This document shows, piece after piece, positions 30,760 through 42,839 of a stretch of 64,000 bases of DNA. Under the pieces are notes generated by a model that saw only the letters and a program-made list of their open reading frames with translations, did no database searches and had not been told where the DNA came from. The stretch comes from Sphaerodactylus townsendi (Eukaryota): NCBI RefSeq assembly GCF_021028975.2, contig NC_059436.1, positions 25,544,001 through 25,608,000 of the forward strand. Direction: 5' to 3'. The first letter of the stretch is position 1; each line of letters starts with the position of its first letter. The translations under genes and the position numbers were made by a program.

Positions 30760-31019
30760 ACCTGGATAGCTTTAAAAGGGGCTTGGACAGATTTATGGAG
30801 GAGAAGTCAATTTATGGCTACCAATCTTGATCCTCTTTGATCTGAGATTGCAAATGCCTTAACAGTCCAGGTGCTCGGGAGCAACAGCCGCAGAAGGCCA
30901 TTGCTTTCACATCCTACATGTGAACTCCCAAAGGCACCTGGTGGGCCACTGCGAGTAGCAGAGAGCTGGACTAGATGGACTCTGGTCTGATCCAGCTGGC
31001 TTGTTCTTATGTTCTTATG
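30760..31019 (+). mobile_element. CR1 3' end (same young family as 503-830)
   Basis: Near-identical 3'UTR and (TTCTTATG)n tail. Confidence 0.85.
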
Positions 31020-34000
31020 TCCTCCTCCTCCTCCTCCTCTGTACCACCTCAAGGGCCCGTTCTCGTGCCTCCCTTCCCACCCACTGACCCACTTGCCTGT
31101 GCATCCTTCCTCCACCCCTCACAAGCCCCTCAGTCACAGGTGTCTGTGCCATCTACATGCCCATTCCCAAGTGTTGGGTACTGTGCAGCTGGAAGCACGG
31201 ACACCTGGATGGCAGAGTGAGCTGGTGGGCAGCAAGGGGTGTTTGTGGGCCCTGGAAGTGGGCCAGAAGCCCTGGGCCCCATCTAGGACCTTCTGCATGC
31301 ATGGCTGATGCTCTGCCCCTCAGCCACAGCTTCCCTGGGCAGGCATAGTGCGCATTAACAGGGTGTCTCCCTAAGGTGAAGAGGAAGAGCGGCTGTGGCT
31401 GGTTGCGGGGCTTGTTTGTCCTGATGGTTTTCTCAAGTCTGTGTGTAAAGTGTCCCCCCAGGCGGGGGCCTTGGTTCTGGCCAGATCAGGCCTCAGCAGC
31501 CAGCTCTGAGTGGGGGGCTTTTCCTGGAAGCAAAGGGCTCCTCTCCTGACCCTCCTTCCGCCTTGCCAGCAGCACTGGTGCCTCCTCTGAGCAGAGGCTG
31601 GGGCCTGGCTTAGGTGGCTTAGTGATTCGCCGTTGCTTCCAGTGGAAGAGAAAATGCTGAGCTTCCAGGTGTGAAAAGGAAGAGCGGGTGGCAAGTTTCT
31701 GACGGCCATTTTCAAGTTTCGGGAACGCTGTAAAAGTTTGCATGAAGTATTTGCATCTGGGATCAGTGGCCTCTACTGTCCAAGACAAAGGTTATGGGCC
31801 CAGAAGCCCGTATGTGACTTCTCTGAGGGCTGTAACTGAATGTGGCGTCCTCCTCGTGATTCGGGAAGGGGGGCAAAGCCCCTGCCTCCGTGTGTGTGTG
31901 GGGGGGGGGCAGGTGGTTCCCATTTTGCAAGAGGTGCTGCCAAAGGAATGGGTGAGCTGCCAGCCTCCCTGTGGTGCAGGCCTCATCTCAGGGATTGAAG
32001 GCAATTTGGACCTTTTGGCTGCAAATTAGACTCTTGGCGAGCTAGGGTGAGTCCCGTCCGTCCATATATCAAGGAGATTTTTTTACGTAAGGCCATCTAG
32101 AGCAAGAGATGGTGACCAGTGGGAGTCCCACAAAGGGGGTTTGCAGAGGGCATCTTCCCCCCCCCCCACAGTCTTCCTTCACTGTTCCCTTCTTTCTACC
32201 CATCAGTCAACCTACCCTTATTTGCTTGCCTGTCCTTGACCTTTCCTCCTCCCCCCCCTTGCCATCTTCTCCCTGGGAAAAGACAGGCGGAGCTGTCCTC
32301 CCGCGGCTGCTTGGGCCAGCCCTGCCCCTGGGGAGTCATCCCAAGGCTAAGAATATACGGGGGAATCGCAGCGTGTGAAAACAGATTGGAAACTTCAACT
32401 TTTGCAATGTTTTTGGAAAGCTTCAATTTGAAGAGCCTGCTGCACAGAAGGAAGTATCTATCTCCACCTTTACACTGGAAATAAGACTTTGTATTACAAA
32501 CTGTGCATTAGGACTTCAGTATAATAAGCAGTTATAAAAGCGGATTCGACACAAGATTTAGCAAATTTGCATTCATGTTAATTACATATATAAATATGTT
32601 AATTACATATAAATCAGCACAGTTGTGGAACTTTTGATTATTTTGAATAGAGGGTGAATATATAATCATTGACTTGGATACAGTGTTGTCATTTGTAGTT
32701 GGGGTATGTGACAGGGCAGAGGGCCCTTTCCAGTGTAGTGCTGGGCTTCAAGACCATCCCTGCTCATTGCCATGGCTTTGCTTGACAGAAAACAAGGCCT
32801 GAGGGGCTTAGCAGTGTTTTTGTGGTAGACTGGCAACCTCCAAAATGGGGTGCTGTGTGGTTTCCGGGCTGTATGGCCGTGTTCTAGCAGCATTCTCTCC
32901 TGTAACGAGAGAGGTTGCCCAAGGGCTCCAAAAAGAATGTGGAGCAAAGTGGTCTGCCACCAAACAGCCGTGTCTCTTGGCCTGCTGCGGCACCTGAGGT
33001 GAAAGGGGGGGAGGAGTTGCGTGGGCCCTGCTCGGTCGTCATCTGAGTGGGGTGCCTGAGGGCAAGGATGGCTGACCTGGCGGGTGGGTGGGTGGGTGGC
33101 AGAAGTGCCAGTCCTGCTCTTAAAGCTGTTGTGCTTTCTGCAATGCAGGTGACTTGGCCGTACCAGCTGGGCAGTGGGTAGGCCCCTGAACTGGCAGGTG
33201 TTCCTCACAGGCCGGGCCGCAGGGCGCCTGGGGGTCTGAATCTTCTTCTGAGTTAGGATTGGGGTGGCGGGGATGTAGGGCAGCTGCAGTCTAGAGGTGG
33301 ACAGCACAGGCCGTGGGGTCCGGATCGGGCATGTTGCCAACTCTCGTGGGTCTGGGGACATCTTGACCCTTGTGAATGTGCAGGTGTGGCCCTGCTCCGG
33401 TTGCAGCAGGTAGCCCGTCTTTCTTCCCTCCCCCATAGGCCTGGGTTAGACAACATGGAAATAAATCTCTCCTAGTGTGGAGCAAGGGTATAAATATCCC
33501 AGGAGTGATGTGATCTTTCCAGCTGCTATTAATAGGCCCCCAGAGACTCCGCCAGCCCACGTGGTGGCTGACACTTAAAGGGACAGCGTCCCCTTCCCGG
33601 CCCAACTGCAACCCGTGCTTGATGAGGGACTGGCAGCTGGAGGCGAGCCCAGCCATGCACAAGGTGAGGAGTGGCTGCGGACACGGCCGGCCTCACAGGT
33701 CTCGCTCCCAGGCCTGGCTTCTGGAAATGCTGCGGGGCTGCGTCCGTCCTGCTGAGCACAGACTCAGCTCCACCAGACAAGTGGGCAGCTGGCGTGTGCC
33801 TGGGCTTCTCTTTTCTCCCGCTGTCCCCAGGTCCAGCTGTGGAGCAGGCCCACTGTTTGCCATCAGGCATGACTTGGGTGTTTGGACAGCCGTCTGGCAT
33901 GGTTCCCATTTCCCCACAAAAAGGGGGCAGCCCAAGAGGCTTTGGCCAGGGGGCATTTGAATGTCCATCTCCCAGCCCCCCCCCCCCCCAACCACCACAC

Positions 34001-35506
34001 TGGAAGGAGGCAGGGTGCAGAACATCAGGAGACATCTTGCCTGATGCAGGGGTGGGGGGTGGGGGGGGCTGCTCTGCTTGAAGGAGGTGCTGCCAGAGGG
34101 CCAGGGTTCCTGGGTGCTGCGGCCTGGGAGGGGGGATTGTGACCTCCTGCTTGTGGGTCAGGCTGGGCTGTGCCGTGTGCCCAGTGCAGTGAGCTTAAGT
34201 GAACTCAGCCAGGGCTTGGGCCCTTTCCTTAGCCTTCCAAAGCCAGCTCTTCTTGCCCAAAGCAGCCACTGCCATGCCCGGAGTGGAGCACCGCCCCCCC
34301 CCCTCTAAAACCCAATGCTGGCCTGGCAGAGAAGTGTTGCCAATCCACCCTCCCACCTGGATTCCCTCCTGCCCTCCCCCCACCCAAAAACCCACCTCAG
34401 GGCGTAAAGCACCAGTGTGACCCCAGAGTGGGGGGGGGGGGAGAAGGTGGGCTGCCAGGAAAACTGCCACCAGCCCCGCCCGGTCCCCTGCCCATATTTT
34501 CTCAGTGCCTGTCATCACTGCCATTTGAAATGGGCTTTTCATCCAGCCTGTCATAATCCACACCTTCCTCAACAGACTAAGACCGCAGCAGCATAATTGA
34601 CTATTACCCCCCTCCTCCATTTCCTGCCCCTACATCCAGGCACTGCGTGGCACTAGGGCAACCCGGTGGGTCAGCACTCGTGCCTTGCCCTTCCTCCAAA
34701 GAGCTCTAGGAGACAGTGCGATTCCACCCTCCTTTGCTGTACCTTCCCCACGCTCTTTCAAGGTGGGGGGCCCAGGTCACCAGAGACGTTTGAAGCCAAG
34801 TTGGGATTCAAGGCCGCCCCATCTTCATCTGATATTTGGTCTGTGTTGGTGCAGGAGGGGTCCGTCCTCCGTCTCCAGGGCACGGCAGCCATGTGGACCA
34901 GGCTCCGGGGCGGCTGTGAGGCAGATCTTTCTCGCCCTGTAGGAAGGGCCAGAGCCTTCACACTTGTCTCTCAAGTCATATAGGAGTGCCTCTAAAGCCA
35001 CCTCGCGCCCTTTTGGAGCCTTTGAATAGACGGCTCTGGGCGGACGGGGGTCGGTGGGGGGGGTCTGTCTGTCTGTCAGCCTTCCTGCATGTGGATGTCT
35101 CCCGATCCCCCTGTCCTGTGGAGTGCTGTGTGAGCATCTCCATTTGCACTGGTTCCTGCCGGCACAGCTGGGCCTGCCTGCCTTGCTGCCGACGCTTCTG
35201 CACTGATCTCTGGCTCGGCTGCCATCTCCCAGGTGGGAACAGAGTGATCTGGACCCTTCAGGAAAGGGCTCCAGATGTCCCACCCAGTAGCTGTGGAGAG
35301 AGAATTCCCTTTCTTCCCAGCGTGTGCTGAGTTCGCCTTCGCAAAAGGGCTGGCAAATCTAGCGGTGCTGGATTCGCTGCGGGTGAAGGAGAACCTCATT
35401 GCTCCTGGCTGGAAGCCATCCCCCCGGCTGACCCTCTCTCTTTTTTTCCCCTGCCACAGGAAGACACCACAGAGACTTGGAGCTTCTTGCCGTCCCAGCC
35501 AATCAA

Positions 35507-38500
35507 ATGCACCCGGACAGTAAACTGGCCAATCATGGGAAGACCGGCGGCAGCAGCAGCGCCCAGGGCCAGCACCACCATGTGAGCCAAGGCCCCGCCT
35601 GCAACCTGGGTGCGAAGGGCGGAGGGGCAGGGAGCCATGGGGGCCAAGTGGGCCAGCCCCCTCCGGGCAACGCGGGACTGAAACCCACCCCAGCTCCCAT
35701 CCCCCTTTTCGGGGCCTTGAAGGGCAAAGTGAAGCGAGAGCGGAGCGTTTCGGTGGACTCGGGAGAGCAGCGAGAAACCCGTGCGGTCTCGCTGGACAAG
35801 GAGCTGAAAGGTGGGGGAGCTCGTGCAGGGCGGGTGCCGACTGTCCTGCTGTGGGCTGCGGTGGGGAGGGTGCAGCCTGGGGAGGGGCTCATGGCCTTCT
35901 TTCCTGTGCAGGCGAAGTGGCTCCCCGAAGCAAGCGGCGCTGTGTGCTGGAGAGAAAGCAGCCCTACAGCGGGGACGAGTGGTGCTCCGGGCCTGACAGT
36001 GAGGACGATGAAAAGGCACTCGGCGGCTCCCACAGTGAGTCCAGTTCTCACATCCAGTCATGCTTCCGTCAGTGGGGGTACTTATAAGAATTAACTTTGA
36101 GATGTAAGAACTGATGAAGATGATCAGAAGTGCAAGTATACCGCAGACGGTGGTCTTACCACTGATCAACTTGTCAGGAGAATGTGAATCATCAAGTCTT
36201 GCAACATCTTACCCACTTGTTGAGAGATTGTGAATGTTCAGTCATTACCTGTCCACAGAGTGGCTTTATTCCCCCTACTTCTTGGGAATTTGTGAGTTTC
36301 AGGCATTGCCTTTGCAACCAGAGACTGCCATCCTACCGGGAGAGTCGTGAAGCCCTAGTGGAGGGGCCTGCATCTGCAAAGCCCTACTGGGGAAGCAGCT
36401 TGAATACGCATTACGTTTTTGTATTCAACTGGAAAGCAGGGATTGGCCACAAGCAGAACTGACAGAAAAGGCTCTCGCATTGGTTGTGGATGAGTTTTGA
36501 TGTATTATGTTGTTGCATCGCGCTGGCTACTTTCTTCAGTTGTGGCTCTTCGGCATTATTAGCGCCCTCGACACTTCATGTACATATAGCTGATATTTAT
36601 AGCAGCATAGATACGGTCACTCTTGGGGATAGCCTGTGGCAAACCCAAATTCCCACCTTTCCCATGCGACTCATTTGTTTTCTGCCCCTCTGACTTTATA
36701 CGCACGTGCACGCACGCACTCACACCCCTTTGAACCAGCCTGGCTCTTCTCCCTCCAAACCTCGTGGCCGTTGCTTTGTACTTCCTGGGAAGAGCTCCTC
36801 TCTGCACTTGAGCCAAACTCCCCAGTTGGCGGGGAGGGGGGGTGGGTGGGCCTCCTCAGCAAAACCGATTGCTCACAGACCGGGAGCAGGGTGTCTCCCC
36901 ATGTTCTTGCAGAAGGCTGAGCAGGATATGCCCACTGAGGACATGGTTGGTAACTTAAATGATTGGTGCACAGGGCCCACTCTGCAAACAGGAGTGCCCC
37001 AGACCAGGGTGGAAAAGCGGTGCCCGCTGCACTGCAGCCCACCACTGCCCCTGTTGTAGTGGGAGGGTGCCTGTTGTGTGCTGCCACCTGCTGGATCATC
37101 TGGGAAAGGCAAAGTGGGGGGGGCAGACCCAGGAGCCAGCTCTGCCGGGGCCTCTGCCACTCCGCCCCCGGGGGCTGCGATTGCTTAGCTGGGCCTCTTC
37201 TCCGCAGGTTGTCATGTCGCAGAGTCGGTGATGACTGCAGCCTCGCAGCTGGGCACAGGATCCAATCCGCTGCCAGCCCTGAATGAGAGTAATGCATCTG
37301 GCACGCCCCATAGTGCGGCCCCGGGCCTGCGGTCCGAGGCCGGGAGTGGTAGCGGGAAGCCGTCACTGCCGTTTGTCTACGTCTTCACCACGCACCTGGC
37401 CAATACGTAAGTATGGCGTGGGCCGGGGGGCGGGGGGGGGGGGCGTGCTCAGCACCCAACCTCTGCTGTGTCCGGCGGTGGTCTCTCTTCCGCAGCTCTC
37501 TTCTGATATGCTGGCTGACGAACTGCAGTGGGGGAGACCCTGAGGGGTGGCCGGGGAAGGGGCCAAAGGGGGCAATTCCCACTAGGACATTCCCACTCTC
37601 CCCAGCTTATTTCAGGGCTTGGCTGGGAGTTGGGTGTGCTCCAGTGTGTGTGTGTGTGTGGGGGGGATACTTTTGATTACAGCCCCTTACCCCCAGTGGG
37701 GAAGGGCACAGTGGGCCGCATCTTGCTTCAGCAGCTGCCTGCCTGATGGCTGCCTTTCTCTTTGCAGGGCTGCAGAGGCTGTGCTTCAGGGCCGAGCAGA
37801 CTCCATTCTTGGCTACCACCAGCAGCACGTGCCCCGGGCCAAGCTGGACAAGGTATGAGACGGGTCCTTCGGAGGGAAGGGTGCGCTAGGGCCATGTCTA
37901 GTGAATGGCTGAGTGCGCATTTCCTTTGCACCCTCCCTTTCTGCCCCATGGGGACCCAGAGTGGCTTGTCTCCTCCTCCTCCTCTCTTCCATTTTATTCT
38001 TACAACGACCCTGTGAGGAAGGGTAGGCTGAGTGAACGTGGCTGTCCCAGGGTCACTCAGCAGCCTTCCCAAGGCAGAGGGGAGATTCAAACCTCCCATT
38101 TCCTGGCTAGACCCTCTAACCCCTGCACCACACTGTCTCCCTGGGTCATTGACCTGAGACAGCTGCAAACCAAGGGGATGTCTGGATGGGGGAGCTGTAA
38201 GGAGGCCTTCCCCCTTTTCCCCCCCGCAGGTCCCAGCCTCCAAGATGCCAGCAGTTGCTGAGATGCTGCCAATGAACCCGTCTCCCGCCAGCACCCCACA
38301 GTCTCAGGCCGCCATGCCGCCAAGCAGCCAAGCCCAGGGCCAGCCGCCGCCGCCACCGCCTCCTCCTCCTCCTGTGCCGCCTTCCCAGCCGCCAGCTCCC
38401 ACCACACTGGGTCTTGGCCCGGGCCCTCTGCCTCCCGCAAGTGCCCTGCCTCCAGAAGGAGCTGCTGATGACGCCCACCGGGACCTCACTCCCAACTCAG

Positions 38501-41500
38501 TGGGTAACGGCGGCGGCAGCACGGCCCCCGGCAGCACCCATCCCAATACCCCCCCGGCCCCCGGCTCCCTGCCCACCAATGCTGCAGACGGCCTGCTTGG
38601 GGAAGGAGTTGCAGCCAGGCCCCCCTCCGCAGGGAACGGCCCCCGCCACCCGCTGAACACGGAAGGCCTCTCGAAGGAGCAGCTGGAGCACCGGGAGCGC
38701 TCGCTGCAGACTCTGCGGGACATTGAACGCCTGCTCCTGCGCAGCAGCGAGGCGGAGCCTTTCCTGAAGGGCGCCCCGGGGCCGAACGAAGGGGGCATTC
38801 TCTCTGGCCCGGCCCCCCCGCCCCAGCCGCCGGCCCCCCCGCCCGGCTCCGGCATGAAGAAGTACGAAGAGCCCCTGCAGTCCATGATCTCGCAGACCCA
38901 GAGCCTGGGGGGCCCCGGCTTGGAGCAAGAGGGGCCCGTGCCCCCGGGGGTCGACATGGGCCAGCAGATGAGCATGATGATGCAGCGGCTGGGCCAGGAC
39001 AGCCTGACCCCAGAGCAGGTGGCCTGGCGCAAGCTGCAGGAGGAGTACTATGAGGAGAAGCGCCGCAAGGAGGAGCAGGTCGGCATGCATGGGGGCCGGC
39101 CCCTGCAGGAGATGATGCTGCCGCAGCCCATGACTGGCATGATGCTGCGTGGGCCTCCGCCCCCCTACCACAGCAAGACCGGGGAGCAGTGGCTGCTGCG
39201 GGGCGTGCACATGGACATGCAGGACTCCGTGCAGATACGGCCCCCCTTTGCCGGGCCACGTTTCCCCGGCAACCAGATGCAGAGGGGCTTTGGGGGGATG
39301 CAGAACGTGCCCCCCCTCGAGCCTCTGGGCCCCATGAGCACCATGCAGCGCCCAGTGAGGCCCGGGATGGCCTGGAACGAGGAAATGCCCATGAGCGGCC
39401 CTGGGAACTTTGCCCCTGGGAACCTGCCCTACCCCCCGGGGCAGGCTGAGGCCGAGCGCTTCCTGACGCCCCGGGCCCGGGAGGAGATGCTGCGGCAGCA
39501 GCTGCTGGAGAAGCGGCAGGGCGGTCTGCAGCGGCCACTCGGCATGGAGATGGAGCGCATGATCCAGGCCCACCGGCAGGTGGACCCCGCCCTCTTTGCT
39601 GGCGAGGCGCTGGCCCTGGAGTTTGGAGGCGCCCGAGCAGTGCTGAGCCCCCCGCTTCGGGACATGGAGCCCACCTTGGGCCCCGGCAACCTCAACATGA
39701 ACATGAACGTCAACATGAACATGAACTTAAATGTGCAGATGGCACCGCAGCAGCAGCAGCAGCAGCAGATGCTGATGACTCAGAAGCTGCGTGGCCCGGA
39801 GCTGGTGCCCTCCGAGGACGTGGCCCGGGCACGTGCCCCCAGTGGCAACGGAGCCATGATGAATTCACAAAGATGCTGATGGGCCTTCGCCCTTCTCTGG
39901 TCATAAGTAGCAGCAGTAGGCCTATTCTCTGGCTACAGGGCCCGTATTCCGCCGGCCATACAGCAGGAGATGGGAGGTATTAGAGATGTTTGGGACCGTG
40001 GGCAGCACCACCCGGCTCAGCCACGTCCCCCTGCCCCCAGCCCCCCACGCCCCGTCAGCAAACATGCCTCAAGCCCCCGCCCGGGGCCTCGGCCGCCGCC
40101 CTTCAGACCTGGCCCTCAACATGGGACAGATGAACTCTCCCAGCATGGGCCGCCTCAAATCCCCGACGCTCAGCCAAGTTCATTCTCCCCTGGGCACCTC
40201 TCCGTCTGCCAACCTGAAGTCCCCCCAGACGCCCTCTGCCATGGCCAGCCTGCCAGCTGCCAGCGCCGCCCCAAGCGGGCCTCTGAAGTCCCCCCAAGTG
40301 CTTAGCTCAGTCCTCAGCGTCTGCTCTCCGACCAGTTCTCCCGGCCACCTCAAATCCCCGCCGATAGCTGCGTCCTCTCCAGGTTGGGTGCCGTCCCCCA
40401 AGAACGCCCTCTCCAGCCCTGGCATCGGCCAGAGCAAGCCGGCCATCGGACTGAGCAACTCCGCGCCCCTCGGCAGCCTCGAGCAAGGTAAAGGGCGTCC
40501 TCCTGCTCCCCTCCTGAGGCCGGGGCGTTGCGAGGGGGGTGGGAGGGGAAGTCTGGGTTGAAGAGAAGCAGAAGATCTCTTTCTGCAATCAGCCCGTTGT
40601 TGAAAGTCCCGACAGGGCCACTTGACAGAGGTCCTGATCCCAGAGTCAGCACGTCATGTCCTCTGGTCTCCTCCTTCCTGCATGGAGCGGAGACTGTCAT
40701 TGGTTGAGAATTCGTTTGTTTTCATGAAGCAACGAATGGGCACATTTAGAGCAGGTGCCTGAACTGTGAGATGGGAAAGTCTGGTTTCACCCCTTCTGCC
40801 CTGGATGTACTTTGGCCAGGGGGCGTTGGGCGGGGGGAGATCTCCTTTCAGCTGCCTCCCCCACCTTTCCTGTGGGGCCCCAGGCCAGCTACCCTTGGCA
40901 GCCTTTGCCCAGGCGGGGCTCCGCTGCTGCTCAGCCGCTCACCACGCTAGCTGTGACAGGGACCGTGCCTCCCGGGCCCCGGAGTGGCTCCTCTGCCCCT
41001 CCCAGCACCCCCTCTGGCCCCATGAGCCCCAACCTGCCTTTTCCTTCCTCTCCAGATCCACCCCCGTCCCAGAACCCCTTGTCACTCATGATGAGCCAGA
41101 TGTCCAAGTACGCCATGCCCAGCTCCACCCCCCTCTACCACAACGCCATCAAGACCATCGCCACCTCCGATGACGAAATGATGCCAGATCGGCCCATGCT
41201 GCCACCGGGAGTCATGCCAGGTAGGTCGTGCTGGGAGCAAAAGGGCAGGACACCGCAGCCGTCCTCCTCTGTCCTACTCCTCTCTGCCTCTCTGCGTTGG
41301 GACTCTCCTCGCACAGTGAGCTCTGCTGTCTGGGGCTGCAATCAGTTCCGGCGTGGATGGGCGGTTCTGGTGCTTCCTTGGGGGCCGGGGCCGGGGTGGG
41401 CCCCCGTGTCGTTTCTGACTGAGCAGCGCTTGCCTTCCTTCCTGCCTCGAAGGCTTGCTGAGAGCTAAGAATTTAGCCTCCCCCTCACCAGAATTAGCTG

Positions 41501-42839
41501 TAGGGTGGGGGTTCTTTCATATGGTCAAGTGGGGGGTAGTGATTTTTGAGTAGGGATGGTTCTTCCCATTCCAGGACGCAGGGAGGGGGCACCGGGGGCA
41601 GGGGCTAGCCAGAATGAAGCCGCGAAAGCGCTCGATGCTTGTGGGGAGGGGAGACGTGGGACAGTTCCTGACTCTCCACGGTGATCTGATGGGTGTGCTG
41701 GAGGCGGGATCCTCCGGAGAGATCTCCTCTGCCCGCGGCCAACTGCGCTCTCTTTCTCCGCCTCCCCGGCAGGTGTGGGAAGCGGCCAGCCCGGCCAGCT
41801 GCACGTGAACTCTGTGGGGGTCCCTCCGGCTCAGAGCCCCATGGCCGTCGGTCTCCCTGGACAGCAGCCGCTCTCTCATGAGCCTCCGACGCCCAACATG
41901 TCCTCCCCGAGCCCGCTGGGCTCCAACATGCCCATGCACAGCAGCGCCCCACCCCAGGGCCCCGTGATGCTGCCTCCTGGGGCCCAGGACTCACTCAATC
42001 AGCCGTGTGGCCCCCCGGGCCAACTGGTGTTCCCCACCCGCCTCCAGCAACCTCCCACCAACGGCGGCGGCCTGCCCGGGCCTGGGGGCCCAGGGGTGCC
42101 GCAGCAGCACTACGCGCCTGGCATGGGCCTGCCCCCGGAGGAACTGCCCCTGCCGCAGCCCAGCTCCATGGTTCCGCCGCAGCGCCTGCCCGGGAGGCTG
42201 CCCGAGCCCTACCCCCCCGTGCTCCCCGGCGTATTTCGGTCTCTGAACGCATCTGGAGTTGAGCGACGCTATCCGGCCCACTTCCACCGGTGCATCCTGA
42301 AGTTTCGAATTTTGTCAAGCAGACATCCCGCCGGAGTAGCTCCAGCAGCACGTCGCTGTGCATTTCCCCGGCTACGGGCGCGCCCCCCGAAGGTGCAGCC
42401 CCCCTCCAACCTCCATCTGATGAACTTGCAGAACATGATGGTGGAGCAGGCTCCGGCCAGGGCTGGCCCGCAGGGCATGCCACGCTCCATGGCCATGTGC
42501 CAGCCCGGACAGGTGCCCCTGCTGGGCAGGACAGGCCTGGCCCCTCAGCAAGCCATGATGGGCAACAGCCTACCCCAGGGCCTCCTACTGCCCCAGCAGA
42601 ACCTGCAGATGGCCCAGCAGAACTTCTTGCTGATGCAGGCCAAGCAGCGCAGCATGTCTGTGTCAGGCGAGATGTATGCCCCGCCGGGCCACCTGCTCTC
42701 CCCGCAGGGCTCCCTCGTGGGCCCTCCCCCCCAGCAGAACCTCATGGCCTCCCACCCCATGCGCCAGCGCAGCGTGTCCCTGGACGGCCAGATGGCCTAC
42801 GGCCCCGGAACTGGCAGCATGGCTAACCTGCCCTTCTGA
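35507..42839 (+). CDS. BCL9L: BCL9-like (B9L) Wnt/beta-catenin co-activator; frame locally disrupted in this assembly; an upstream coding exon is possible
   Basis: Exons (35460)35507-35810, 35912-36034, 37208-37406, 37768-37852, 38230-40487, 40960-41220, 41773-42839. HD1 FVYVFTTHLANTAAEAVLQGRADSIL; HD2 GLSKEQLEHRERSLQTLRDIERLLL; HD3 LTPEQVAWRKLQEEYYEEKRRK; QNPLSLMMSQMSKYAMPSSTPLYHNAIKT; ends MANLPF. Net frameshift at about 39860-39990 and scrambled stretch at about 42230-42390. Confidence 0.93.
37950..38130 (-). mobile_element. Degenerate SINE fragment in a BCL9L intron
   Basis: ACAACGACCCTGTGAGGAAGGGTAGGCTGAG..CCCAGGGTCACTCAGC..GGATTCAAACC-like sequence, reverse complement of the SINE family. 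Confidence 0.55.

Noticed and set aside
38304-39573. Long minus-strand ORFs over the BCL9L large exon
   Set aside because: Shadow ORFs of a GC3-rich coding exon.
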